DNA of 59,792 nucleotides, filler included, from Gonapodya sp. JEL0774 (GCA_027604505.1; 7 parts of 7 records of this genome joined end to end with filler, not necessarily neighbours in it), one strand, 5' to 3'; positions 23,577 to 37,300 are shown, counted from the first letter of the whole stretch. Notes: generated by a model not told the origin, from the letters alone. Translations and numbers: made by a program.

Positions 23577-25544
23577 CTATCGGTATCCCTGAAGGATCTT
23601 CTCAAACAGCTCAGCTACATCCTTGGCTGTGATGCTCCTCACAATTGGCTCCGGTTCCAGATCTGTGACGGAAGGGCGGCTGCACTCTCCAGGATGACCC
23701 CACGCTTTCCCACACTGCACAAACAAACGCAAACATTGCGTTTCATGATTTTCAGGGTGATAATGTCGTAAATCCAGATTTGGTGAACTTACCACATAGC
23801 AGAAGTCGTATCCACATCTGCAGGCAATATGATCGCATCCAACGTCCTTCACCACAGGTGCCTTGCACTTGGGACACATGGTTGACTGCTCCTTCACATA
23901 CTTTATCGAGAGCCAGTTTGATCGCTTTGAATCCTGCTCATTGCGTTCTCTCATGGCACCTCCAACGTCCTGATCAATCATAGATGCGTCAAATTCTTGT
24001 TCGAGGCGAGGGAGATCAACAGTGGCAAGTTGGCGGGTGATAGAAGCAATAAGGCCACGGTGACCACCGTGCTTGAGAAAGATTTCAATGAATCGGTCCA
24101 CCGTGCGAGAGCTGCGACCAGACAACGTTTCATTAACCAAATGAAGGTGGTTCAAACACTCACGGCACTTACAAGCAAGCCGTAAGAAAAGGACCGTGCC
24201 AACTCTTGCCACAACGTACACAGAAATCTGCGCAACGATACGATACGTTTAAGACGCGCAGGGAAGCCATATTATGAAACTGGGCGCTTACAGAAGCTGC
24301 AGTGCTCGCACTGCCCCATTCGCACATTCACTCTCCGTGTTGATTCTGATTCGGCGGGGTATCCGTGTGCTGGAGCACCACACCAAGGACGGGGACACCA
24401 TAAAGGATCCTCCCGTGCCTCCGCTCGACTCTTGGTCCAGAGATAGTCCCACCGACTGTATGTCTCACCATCAAGTACGATCTGCAAAGTGGCTCGTGAA
24501 AGACGACCACGACGGGATATATCAGGGCTGGTCACAGCAGAAGCAGTCATTGTATCGGTCATGAAGGCCGGGTTGTCAGTTTGGGTAGGGGTGGTTGTTA
24601 CCATGTCGACATGAGGGAGCTTCGCACACGCGATATCAAGGCACTCCCCCACGGAGCGATGATCGCCTTCACCGAGTCGGGCTACATAAAAGGACGAAGT
24701 GCAACCACGACAGAAAATGTGTCCGCATGGATCGAAGCGGACACAGTAAGAACCGCGGTACTCCTGCGGGAGATATGTATTCGATGATCACCCAAGAGAG
24801 AAAAATGGACTGCATCTTTTGCTCACGTCAAAGCATACGAGACATTGGAAGAGCTCTTTGTCGAATTTCCTCTGTGCAACTTCTCGGTCATTCATCACCA
24901 ACATGTCGACGAGTCCCGTTGGATCCTCAGAGAACAAGGTGACACAGTGCTGTCCTTGAAGTTGAGTCTCTGTTTGAGATGCGAGGTACGATATGCTTTC
25001 AGTTCGAAGGAACTCGGCGAGCGAAAATATGCACTAAGCGTCCCCGAACATAACGCCTTGACGGTTTCAGAAGATTCGTAGTCGAAAAACGATTTTAACC
25101 ACTTCTCACCGGCTGTCTCCCTCCTTCCTTCCATATCTCGCGTATCCTAGATTCGAGTTGATCCCGCATTGCTCGGTCCAACCATTTTGCGTCGATTTCT
25201 GTATCAACGCAAACATCCGATGGATATTGAGGCCAGAGCGAGAACTTCAATGTCACCGGGGGAAGACAGGAGATGCGGCAAGATGCCTCTCCAGGACCTT
25301 CGGAATATGGGCGAACAACCAACAAGGAGTCCTCCGATTGATCTTGCGTTGGAGGGAGATCAACAGCAAGAACGATCCTTCCTTCTCGCGATTGTTCGTC
25401 AAAAGCCATCGCATCTCCAAAGATGGCCTGAAGTGCGAGGATTTCCTCATCCTGGGAGGCGATGTTGAACTCTGAATCATCGAAAGGCTCATCTTGCTGC
25501 TCCACCGTCAACGGTTTGATAGACGGAGAGTAAGACTCGACCAT
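23577..25544 (-). CDS. RWD-domain RBR E3 ubiquitin ligase (RNF14/Itt1-like)
   Basis: RWD: QDEEILALQAIFG...LPPVTLKFSLWPQYPS...WL. RING1: CGHIFCRGC. IBR: WCPRPWC...CEHCSFC. RING2: CPKCKAPVVKDVGCDHIACRCGYDFCY. Several introns. Confidence 0.9.
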
Positions 25545-25731
25545 TGAATTGTCCAGAAAAGGGAGTACGAACAAGCATCCACGGGACTCTCCTCTTGTAC
25601 ACTTCACTGTCTTGGCGGGTGGGGGCGGGCGAGTGAACGTGCAACTGCACAGCTTGTCAGCACTCTGATCCCTGGTGATGATGGTGGGAAAATACCAAAA
25701 GTCAGGTATCACACATCCAACCAGTTCGTAC

Positions 25732-25831
25732 NNNNNNNNNNNNNNNNNNNNNNNNNNNNNNNNNNNNNNNNNNNNTTAATTAATTAANNNNNNNNNNNNN
25801 NNNNNNNNNNNNNNNNNNNNNNNNNNNNNNN
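25732..25831. other. Artificial contig linker
   Basis: Same 100-bp spacer. Confidence 0.99.
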
Positions 25832-27231
25832 GCTGGCAGTGTTGGAGGTCTTGGAATCCTCTACACAACTGGTGAATCTGCACCGCTCCAGTCTCGCAGT
25901 GTGGCTCTGACGAGCTTATCTGCACAAATCGTTGCGACGACCGTGGATGATCAGTCAGGAATTGCAACGACTGAGATGGAGACATGTGGGCGATGAGGAA
26001 GATTTGCAGCTCCATGTGACATTTGATATGGATCTAGATGTGTCTGGACCTGACGCTGCCACAGAAGGAAACGCTCATCTTCCAACAGAGCCACCCTCCA
26101 GTTTTGCTCCACCTCCACCTCCAGTGCTTGATGCTTCGTTTGCTGCAAAGGACATCTCTCAACTTTCAGACACTGAGTCGAGCGGCTTTTATTGTCGACT
26201 CCATCCACACCTGGACTACAGGGTTCCATTGTGTACTCGCGCAAATCTACATCACTGACACCATTGCTAACAGGTTCCCGCACTGTATCTGAGTCGCAAA
26301 CGGACCTTCCTCGTGGAAATTCCGGGTTGTTTGTCCCAGATAACCAACAACCGAGCAAGGATGGAACACCAGGGGACCCACCTTCACCAGAATCAACTGG
26401 GAGGGTTTTTAGGAGCGGGCAAGCAGCAAATTTGAAGCCTGGGGGTTCAGGTGCCGCAGCGGGTGTCACATACTCATCCAAAGGCCCGATGCGGAAAAGG
26501 AAGAAGGTGAAAAGTGCGACGCGCAACAATGTGTGTGTGGATCAACCCCTGAACTTCGATTCGCAGTACTCTCATTCAATTCTAATCCGCTATCACTGAC
26601 TTTCTCATGTATTTTGGTTTGGATGTGGGAACTACGACCTTTTCTGCACACGATATTCTGCAGCCAAACACGGGAGCGTCAACATCACACTCCAGAACAA
26701 ATGCGCCCACATATGAGAAAGGGAAAAAGGTCTTCCAGGTGGAGATCCGATGCCTCTCTGCTGACCAGACAATGGACAGGCACGATGATGCCAGGTTGCA
26801 TATCGCATATCTAGGTGATGCTGCATGTCATTTCAGGGACCAGATATCTACCATCTCCAGGTGAGTGGGTGACTGATCATCATAAGCATGACCACAAGAA
26901 AGCACTCTCGCTGGCGGTTCGGTGGATATTGCTTGCTGTAAATACGTTTGGACCACCCCCGCTCCTGACACTGTACCCCCACTCTGTTGGAACTCCAAAC
27001 TTGTCTTTTCTCACACAACACACACTACATGGGAAAATGGGCTGTTTATATGTACTTTGATCTGCTGTGCCACACAGGCCACAGTGATGACTCATCCAAC
27101 CACTTCCCCAAATCATCTCCGGAGTCCAAATCCAGTGTATACAAATTATTGTGTCACCAATGCACCCTCACTCCTTACACCCCACCCCACTCCTGACACC
27201 GCACCCTCACACATCACTGCACCACGCAACA

Positions 27232-28760
27232 ATGGACAGTTCCCGAGGAGGTATCTCCATTTGTGATTCAGAAAAGCTTGTGCACTTCACCCTTCGTTTT
27301 GTGGTCGCACACTGCGCGCTGGTCCGATCATTGTACAGGTCGGAGAGTCAAGTCAACATTTTGGTACGCAAACTTTGGAACAAGTACCACGAACAAGGCT
27401 TGCTCTCAATGAAGTATACTGAGGTGATGTTCACTCTATTTGGCAGAGAGTTCAGTCACTTCAGAGAGGCACTGAATGTCGAAGCCATACCTACAAGTGA
27501 AGTGTGAGTTTACGTGATTCTCATTTCAGCACGAGTGATACAGTGAAGGCAAACAGTAATCTAAAATATCTTCAACCTGTATCTTCTCAATATCAGTCCA
27601 TGGGCGATATCTATTGCGGCATCGTTATGCCTTTTCAGTGATGGACTGATCCACTGTCAGGTGGTGGACTACATTTCGACATCTGGGAGTCCGACCTACC
27701 CATACCTCACTCTTGAGCAACACGGCAACACAGAGGGGAGCAATGGCTGGAACCCACTCTGCATGACATTTGATCCTGCAAAATTCCCCGACAGTGTCAA
27801 GGTACTACTTGGGATGGACAGGTTGTCAACTGCTCAGTTTGTCATCAAACATGGGCCCCATGTGTCCATCCAATTCCTCGCAACAACGATGGAATTGTTG
27901 GTGAGGAGTATGGAAGAGGAGCTGGATGTTTTGGAGAGGAAAGTCGTGATCGACGTCGTTGGCAGAGGTGTGAGTACTTACGAGTCGACATTCCCCGAAA
28001 CAACTGGCATGGGGTGCCGGCTTCGATTTGGCAACACCGACCACATCAAAGCATACAACTGGGAACTTGGAAAATATCCCGCTGTGTTGGTGGAAGAGGA
28101 TGACAGCTCAGTGCTGAGTGAGCATAGGAGATGCCTGTCATGGAAATTAGGCAATGTTCATTCCCGTTTGGGACCATACAACTGTGCCCTCACTTATGGA
28201 ACTGTGGGGCTGGCCACTCAATCCTGTGATCTTCTTGCTAATTGCACAGTGAGTACTATCTTTTGTCCAGAGTTTTGTCTCACTGTAAGTTGCCGTGAAT
28301 CCCCAGACCTAGTTCGCAACCGTTTGAAACCCACACGTACTACTTCAGCTCCGCGTTCGCACGGTGATGAGCACCTTTTGAGGTGAATTTCTAGCGCAAT
28401 TGACACTGTCAGTAAAGCCAGAGTGGAAGACCAAGATTCGTCCTGGCATGATCGTGACATGCAACTTCCAGTCCACCAATTGCGACAACTGATTGGTTCA
28501 CACGAAAGGGTATAGGACAGTTACAGTAGATGACGTACAGCGTGACGTTGAGGAATGGTGGGCGGGATTTCATCATCGTTCGGTGCGGCCAGGTAATGAT
28601 GAAGAGCAGGAAGACGAGAATGCCTGTGTCACCTATGGGGACAGGGATCCTCGTGAAGTATCAAACATGGCGCTGTCGCGAGATGATTTGGACGGTAGTG
28701 GGGAAAGTGACTGGGGAGCTCGAGTGGCCACCAAGAGTGTGATAACAGTGATGTTGGCGG
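27232..28760 (+). pseudogene. Degenerate multi-exon gene of unknown function
   Basis: Exon-like ORFs 27232-27500 and 27661-28386, with coding-like sequence continuing past TGA 28384; no recognisable domain; end approximate. Confidence 0.4.
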
Positions 28761-29209
28761 GGCGCGACAAATGTATAGCATCAAGTGTCATGAGTATATT
28801 TCCCGCCAAGTTTACTTTCATAATTCTATCATATCACATTGATATCATTCCAAAAAAATTTTGGATATAAGGGCAAAAACAAGTTTTAAGGTGGAAAAAG
28901 GCTGTGTATCCCGGCCTGCCAATCAATAGAGCAAACGGGGCCTAGATATCAAGTGGCAGAGAAATGAAGACGCAATATGAGTGACAAGGTGGTAAAGCAT
29001 GCGCAGGATGAGTTGGGAAGCATGGCAGTTCTTGGTAGGGAGGATGATGCTCACACAGGAGGTGTGGACTGTTCGTGTGATTCACTTGTAACAAGCACCA
29101 CAAGTCTTTTCTATTACACAGTGGTGAGAAAGACAAAGTACAATTTTGTGTGAGTTGTAATTTCAGAGAAAAATATAGTTTTATCACTTGATATTCGAAA
29201 GTTATTTCG

Positions 29210-29282
29210 AATGCCCCCCAATGCCCACCCAATGCCCGCCCAATGTCCCCCTTGCCCGCCCAGTGCTCCCCAAATGCTCCCC
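29210..29282. repeat. Degenerate 10-12 bp tandem repeat (AATGCCCNCCC-like, about 7 units)
   Basis: aatgccccccaatgcccacccaatgcccgcccaatgtcccc..., preceded by the hairpin ATTCGAAA-GTTA-TTTCGAAT. Confidence 0.8.
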
Positions 29283-29742
29283 TAAATAATGACCAAAGCA
29301 CATCCTCTAGTGAACAGACCATACCCCGCAAAAAACTTCCCATGAAGCAAGACCCGCTGCTCTCCCCCCCCAATCCCCCTGCCCAGGACATTGTAGCTGC
29401 TCCAGGAGGGATCCATCAAAATGGCATTGGGGGTTCTGAGGTTGTATGATGACACGGACGTGGGTCTGCAGTGTAGAGTGGGCCTGGAAAGGGAGGCGGA
29501 CATGTGGACTGTCCACCTTCTCCAACGCATCTGCGTAAGGTTATGTTTGGACCTTTCTTGAGTTTCCTCCAAGTTTGCAACTGTTTTCTCCGCAAATCTA
29601 TTTGTTAAATTCGGATTCGGAGCCCCGGCTCGTCCATCGTGTGTACCTCCTGTTCGTCCGCTCTGGTTTGCGAGCAGTCTCTGGGATTCTGACGATACAA
29701 ACTCGTACTAAGCGGGAACCAACTTTGATTCCGTCATCTAGG

Positions 29743-31795
29743 ATGGTAGGTGATTCCAGAATCTGGTCGGTGTTGAAGGTACGTTCAAATTGGGCGTGAA
29801 GTGGATTTCCTCTACCTGTCGGGGCCTCTGTTGCACAGAAATCGAACGCGAGCTTCTGAAGCTGTCACGGAACGTTGACGATGAGGCATTCAAGAAAGCA
29901 CACAGGGCACGTGAAGTCCTGCTACATCCTGACCGGACCGTGGCTACGTGCCCTAAGCTGTACAACGCATGCAAAGCTGCGTCCCAGAAACTGCATGGCA
30001 ACCATTGGACATTGTGGCAGAAGAGCTCGGCCATGTATAGAGCATGTACGTGCGTTGCAGACGTTGCCCCGTTTTCTCCTCCTACTGTCTCTTACAAATG
30101 GTCATCTGTCAGCCTATTGTCAACTTGTGCCAACTCTTTTGCTTCACTTATCTTGCAGTTCATCCTCCTCCCCACATCTTTAAACTGTGCGTCATGTATC
30201 CAGACCTCAGTCGGCCCGGACCAATTATGCCACTGTACCGCTGCTACATCTGTGGCCTCGTAGCTTGGGAAGCGGTGCACTTTTGTACCAACATCTTGCA
30301 CACCTATTGCGAAGATTGTCTCTGTGAGTGCCAACACGAAAAGCCTGAATTGTATCGGATCAGCAATGACCTCTGGTTGACTCAGAACCCCCCCCCCCCC
30401 CTTCCCTGACAACGACTCCACATCCTCTCTTATGCAATAGTTGGGAACATCACCTACAAAAGACCCTTTGAATGCCTGGCCACTTGGGGCTCCAACGTTC
30501 TCGGAGTAACAACGGAAGATTTTGTCGTATCGCCTGCGCGTGATTTCCTGGACACCAAATGCCAAGTGTCATGCCCGTGGTGTACGCAGATACTGCCCTC
30601 GAGGGCAGATCTGCTCAAACATAGCCCTTCATGTGGTTACTGTGCAACCTGCAATATGTGGATGGAGCCGGTACAGAGGATACCTTTCCACATTGGACTG
30701 TGCCACGAGGTGGGGAGGCCTCAGTGGTTTCATCTGATGAAGTACCAACTTTGGTTGACTGAGACGGCGGTGAAGGAGAAGGAGGAAGCGGAAGCTGCTC
30801 TTCGGCAGGAGCAAGAGGAGGAGAGGGTGGCCAAGCGAAAGGAGGAGGAGCGGTTGGCAAAGCAGACGGCAGACGAGGACGCAGCTCTGCAGCAGGAGGT
30901 GGGGGGGGAGAAGGATCGGACAGCGAGGGACACAGGCGGGGAGGAGGAACAGCCAGTGAGGGACATTCCTGGTACAGACGAGGAGGACACTTTTGGCCTT
31001 ATTTTTCCAGACACAGATGACCTGCCAGAAGCGGAAAAATCGCCCCCTGCCGAACCCCCACTTTCCGCCCTTCCACTGGCAGACGTCGCCCCCGACAAAC
31101 ACTCCCCTGCTAACCTCTCTGCAGTGGACTTCCACCCTGCTGACTCCGCCCCCGCCGACGCTCCCATTGCTGCGGTTGCTGCGGCAGATGACATGCCAGC
31201 TGACCACTCCCCCCATGACTCCTCCCCAGCCGACACACCCATTGCTCCTCTTTCCCAGTCTCCCTTGTCCCCCAGTGACTTCCCTTCCAGCAACGCTCCC
31301 CCTGGCAACCTCTTCCGTGTCAGCCTTATCCCCGGTGACCTCTCCTCATCCGATGTCCCACCCACCAACCTCTCCCTCCATGCCACTCCCCGAGCAGACT
31401 GGGGCATGGAAGAGGACTTGAGTGGTGTGCTATGCAGCGCGCCAAACAAGCATGCCTGTGAAGAAGGTGCACACAAAGGAAGCCAGGAAGACGTGAAGGA
31501 GCGGAAGGTACTCAATAAAGGTGGACGTTTTTGGAGCGATATCCTGCAGGAATCGGATCCCGAACGGATGCTTTATCCAGAACATGCGTTCAAAGGTTGA
31601 GAAGGGGGGAAATGGAGGGAGCGCACAAAAATATTTCTCAAAGATGTTGTGTCTGCAGGAGAGAAATTTTCTGAACTGGCACATGTGTGGCTCCGGATCC
31701 TGCTGGAGTACGAGCAAGGGTACATTAAGTTCATGCTGGAGGGCGCGCAGCAGCAAGTCCGATACAAGAGGAAAAGAGGAAAGGCAGGATCATAA
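29743..31795 (+). CDS. J-domain + RING-like + TRAF-type zinc finger + coiled-coil protein (possibly pseudogenised by TGA 31598)
   Basis: Introns 29779-29861, 30046-30158 and 30324-30440 join in frame WSVLKLSRNVDDEAFKKAHRAREVLLHPDR, RCYICGLVAWEAVHFCTNILHTYCEDCL and VSCPWCTQILPSRADLLKHSPSC. Confidence 0.7.
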
Positions 31796-34287
31796 GTACA
31801 AAGTCATGATGCTAATGAATGCTACATCGCAATAGAATCTATTGCAATACCGCATCTGACCGACGTATTCTTCGGAATCAAGTGGGCTGCTCAAAATAGA
31901 TGCATCGAATCAGCTGTCCAGTGTTCGTCTGGGGTGCAGTTAGTTTTGTATCTGGTGAGCTCAGTTTCTCAAGCTACGCGTCATGGCATGACTTCTATAA
32001 TTATTAATGTCTGTCATTTTCACGATTTTTGTCATGCTCACATGGCGAAACGATGATTGGGTGCGTTGTGTGTGTTTGAGGAAGTTGTTGGTGCACAGAC
32101 CACACGTTGCCTGTGTGTGTCATGTGTGGACTGCGCAATTCAAGCCGACACCCTTCAAACTACTCCGCCATCTTGTTCCCATCAAAAGACAGTGCATTTG
32201 TATGTATTCAACCAGTTATTGACATCAACTAAGTGTGACATGTAAGTACTGATATTAGTTTTCAGCAAGATGTGCAGGTTACTCACAAATAGACTTTGGA
32301 GAGCGTGGTTAGGCCCCACAACACATGTGTGGCAGACTAATTCTGATAGGCTACGCACAGTGCAGCAAATTGATTAGAATGGATAGTGAAATGGTTCTAC
32401 TACCCTATCTTGGCATGGATATTAAAGCAATACAATCCACATACCTGCCCTATTTAATACCATCCAGCTATAACACACTTTACCACAGCATTAGATATAG
32501 AAGGTTCTTGATCAAAATAGGTAAGATTTCTACTAATAGCTACTAAATACATACGTTGTGTTGTATTTTCCTAGTGTCCACACGAAGTGGTGCTGCCATT
32601 TAATATATGGCTGTATGTCCCAGCTCAGCATAAAGTCTTGTTTCCATCAACAAATCCAATCCTTGTGTGCTACCCATCTGGTCCATTGCTACCTGGACCA
32701 TTCCTTCACACAACAAGCCATCTGGACTGTCACTTGGGGTCATTCTGGGCTTGGATTGAGAATCTGACCATTGGCATCATCACAACCAAGTCGTCAGTAT
32801 CACTTGGTGGTGCTGCCAGTGAAGCAAAGATACACTCCAAAACCATCTATTACTTTATGGTGAGTGCGTAGCCTGCAGTGGACCAGGTTTGACCAGGTTG
32901 GATGGTGTTTGTCATTGTCCCTTGTTAAAACAATAGCCAGACCCAAGTCAGCTGCAGGAGTGCACTGGCTTTCTCATTCAACCCTCATCTTTTGTAACTG
33001 CTCTCTGGCTCAATCAGTGAGATCCACTGGGGCCCCTTGCCCTAGCCATTGGTAGCGACTGAGCCCCTTATCCCCCTCCTTCCTTGAATCATATCAGGGG
33101 GAAAAAGAAAAAGTCATCAATTGTGAGTGGCATCACCAGCTCACACTTGTACATTGAGCAATCACAACCTTACACATTTCTACTGTGCCAACCTCTTTGT
33201 GGCACACACAGGACTGAGCTGGAAGTAGAATTAAAGGTTATTGTCCTTGTTTGGAGGGAACACCCTCCCCAACAGCAGTCCCAGTACCACAAATGGCTTC
33301 CACAATTGAAGAAATTGCTGAAGAGCAATGGGATGCAAATTCTGTTGTGTTTTGTGATCCAGCATATGGCACCAAGCACCTGTCCAAGCTCCTCAAGCGT
33401 AAAGTGCCAGGACAAGATGGTGGTTCAAGAAACAAGAGAACAATTGCTCAAAATATGATACTTGCCCAGATAGCTGAGGCTAGACAGGTGAGCTGTTTGT
33501 AGAATTGTGTGGTTTTTAACAATGGGTGAAGGCAGCATTTGTGGTTTTGTGTTGCTGGGTAATCATCTAATGCTTAACATGCTTCCTTCCTCATCATTTA
33601 CAAATCTCAGTCCACATCAACAGATCCAAGTTTAGCAACAGGCCCATCTTCAGAAATTGGTGCACTTCCGACACAGGCCAAAACTGTTACTCTAAAAGTG
33701 CGTGGTATAGCAAGAATGATTGAAATTGTGAACCGGTGAGCTGGAAATGTTTAGATACATGAGATGCAGCAATTGCCACACAAACAAGAGTCTCACCTGT
33801 TATGTGGACAAAATTATTTATTTTTGCATCAGGAATTGAAAGAAAGATTCAAGATGGTTTGGAGATTTCAAGGGAACAGGTTGTGTGCATGAAAACGTGA
33901 TTGGTTATCTTTGCAACTTATCACCTCTCTCCATGTGATTACTCAAAATCCAGTGTCAGATATTGCTCACAAGTTTATAGGCAAACTGTACCCAAAGTCT
34001 GGAAAAGGTTACTTCCTTTTGACAATTGAGTGCTATAAAAGGTAGATCCAAACATTTCTTTGGAAAAACACCCTTGATCTTTCTCATGAGAGCACTTTGT
34101 CAATTTTCTACTCGCACATTGTCAATTTGAAACCCCCCACCCCCACCCCTTTCTGAATTAATCTCAACTCCTAATACAATCATGGATAGTGGAATGAATG
34201 GGGCCCAAATTGAGGTATTTTTACAAGGTAGTGGGTTTACAAAGGAGGTATGTGTTTGAAGATTCCTTCCCCCTACTGTCCAATTTT

Positions 34288-34387
34288 NNNNNNNNNNNNN
34301 NNNNNNNNNNNNNNNNNNNNNNNNNNNNNNNTTAATTAATTAANNNNNNNNNNNNNNNNNNNNNNNNNNNNNNNNNNNNNNNNNNNN
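34288..34387. other. Artificial contig linker
   Basis: Same 100-bp spacer. Confidence 0.99.
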
Positions 34388-37300
34388 GGTCAACCCAAGC
34401 CAAGCCATTCACCCTCCCATTTCGGTTTCCGAAACGCAGTTTTCCCAGCATGCCCTCATGGATGCCATACATCTGGAACCCATTTGTGGCGCGACCAGCC
34501 TCCTACAGCTCCTTCTTGATCATATTCGCCGCCGCTTGGCTGGTCGTGGCGACACTCATCAGTACAATCATATTCTGTGGTTTCAGTTTCACAAAGGGGA
34601 AGTTCAAGGCTATTTGGCCTCTCACTCTTCTCAGAGCCGGAACGTTATTGGCTGGTCAGTGTCGCGCAAGTACAGTTGATATGACCACTGTTTGACATTG
34701 TGTTTGATTCTAATTCCGTCTCCAGTTGGTATTCTCAGCATACGTGAGTTTTCTTGTGTCTTGGGACGATTCCCTTCTTGAGGTAGCTCACTCTCCTTTC
34801 ACAGCCATCGGCGAGGTGTTTTTGACGGTCCTCGACTGCCACGACGGAGTACTTCAGCTCTATCCAGACGTCGCATGTTTCACGACCGCTGTGCACTTGG
34901 TGCCATTTATTCTTTCGAGTGAGAATTTTTGTGACTGCTTATGAGTTTTTGAGCTTTGCTTACGTGTTCGGTCCTCCTCACACAGTTCTGGGGCTGGCCT
35001 TGTTCGTTCCCTACACACTTTTGATGGGTAAAATTTGTCGATCGTTGCTGATTATCCTGATCTTGTAGTCAACCCCCCATTGTGCCTCCACATTCTAAGC
35101 TTTGGTCTACGTGGACGGAAATCCAAGCGCCTTGAAGAACCCACACACAAGGGCCCAAGGCCGCACCGATATGCTCTACCTCCTCATCAAATTCATCATC
35201 GTCTTCGTATGGCAGTTTGTAGCATCGTCGTCGACGAAGCTTGGTCTCCTTGTGGTCTGCTTGCTTGTGAGTGCCCCGGCGCGGGCATGTTCGTCACCAT
35301 GTCCTACTTGGCGGTTGACTGTTTGTGCAATGCTCGACGCAGATAATTACCAAAGAAATGGTGGAGAAGCAGCCACTACACAATGAAGCAATGCAAGCGA
35401 CTCGGAGTGGGATCTGCTTCGCAGCTTTGATATCGGTGAGTTGATCATGGATCCGCAAACAATGAAAAATGTCACCACTTACGCCAACAAGTTGCATGGA
35501 TCAGGCCACCGTTGCATTGATCTTTGATCTTACCGTGTCAAAGAGTGCGGATACCATCGTTCCGTTCGTCACACTCGTCACAATCATGCTTCCCGCGATC
35601 GGTGTGGGAGCGTTTGTCAACAGATTCGTGAAACAGAGAATCGCTCGTCGGGTTTACACCAGGTTGCAAGGACGCATTCAAGAGATGACGACTCTACCTC
35701 GGAGGAAGGCGAGCTTTTTCGCCTCGGCAGAGGCCAAGTCGAGTGTCGGTGGTGGTGGGCTGGATCTTCTCGAGCAAAGTGACCCGGCCACTACCTTGGG
35801 CCAATTGGGCACAAAGTAAGTGAATATAAAGACTTGAGTGCGCAGCCGTGACTCCCGCTCATGTGTTGCTGTTAGTATTTGGAAACTGACCACCGAGAAG
35901 CCAAAGGCAGAGGTACGTGGGACAAAAGTTTTCCATCGTGCGAACACGAACTCAACACTTTTGGCACTAGATCCCCATTTTCGATTCACCATACGAGGTT
36001 GAGCTCGCTTGCCGATTTATCAGGGGCGCTACAAACCCGTCCGTGTACATATTGATGCGGGAAATTTTCGAGGCTGCGATCGTTCAGTACCCAAAGGTGA
36101 TTGAGAACCAGGATTTCGGTATGATGAGTCCTTGCCAAGTGCCCAACGTGACGACGATGCCTGTGGTCTGCTTTTTCACCAAACAGAATGGTTTAGTACA
36201 CATGAGCGCCATATTCTACTTGCTCGCGTTCCCCTCACAACAGACGTTGCTGGTGCGACCAGAGGAAACCAACGCAGAAAGAGCCGAAGAGCTGTGGGTT
36301 GAATCGAACAAAGGGTTGAGGGCCAGAATTGCTCATAGAACGTGCTTCCTTCTTCAGTTTAGAGAAGGTCTTCAAGATGAACATTGCCTTTGATATTCGC
36401 TTCATGGGGTTCGTTTGCCGAAAGCTCGCGGAGCAATCACAAAAGGTACGACAAGCTCGATAAGTGCTTTACATTGGCTGATTTCGAAACATTTTCAGAG
36501 CAAAGAGATGCAAAAGAGCGAGCTGAATGTGTCGTCGTAAGTGCACGCCCATTCGGATATTTGATGGAATTATTATGGTTCTGACAACGTATCAACAAAT
36601 TTACGGTTCTGACGCCGCACCAAGTTACGTCGAAGCATTCTCACAGGAGAAATATGCCAAGACATATGTGGGTGCAGTCGTGAGATTTCCTCGGAAATCG
36701 AGGTCCCCGTCACAAGCAAAACTTTCTTTACTGCGGTGTCGCTTGCACAAACTACATAGCACATGTCTTCTCTTTTGGCTCTGAAAACATTTTGGACTTG
36801 CGTACGGCGCTCCACGTCGCCGAAAGACTATCTCAGCTACCCCAGCTATCTGTCGTCGATAGCAAGCTCGACCGCACAAGCGAGGCAAGTTCACTCATCA
36901 ATCCCGTGGACTTTCCTAATACCTGACGTTTGGGTATTTCGTAGGGATAATTACAATCGCCTTATTGAAAGGTTCCCGAAATCCAAGGCATGTGCACATA
37001 TACTTATCGTTTGGTGGATTCTTTGTAAAGTCATGTCATCTTTTTTCGAATCAGAACATTCTGCGCCTGTTTGCAGATTTCAATCGTACTGGTGAGACCA
37101 CCATGAATACCTGTGATGGCATTTCTTTCCGAACTGCTCTTATCTCTCCTCAGTGCTCGCCGACTTGGAGGAAAGTCGCAGATTCGCCGACCGTGCAAAT
37201 GGTTTGTTGCAAGAACGTGTAATGTTTCCAGACTATTGATCTGATCTTTCACTTTTGAACTGTTAGAGCTGGAGGATCCGAACTACAGCAATGAAGATCT

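Noticed and set aside
26607..26864. FGLDVGTTT resembling the Hsp70/actin phosphate loop
   Set aside because: No further Hsp70 or actin-fold motifs follow
28905..28945. Possible Helitron 3' end (GC-rich segment then CTAG)
   Set aside because: No convincing hairpin, and CTAG is followed by A rather than the expected T
30629..31515. Long minus-strand ORFs opposite the J-RING gene, and similar shadow ORFs elsewhere
   Set aside because: Antisense shadows of GC-rich or repetitive coding sequence with no domain features
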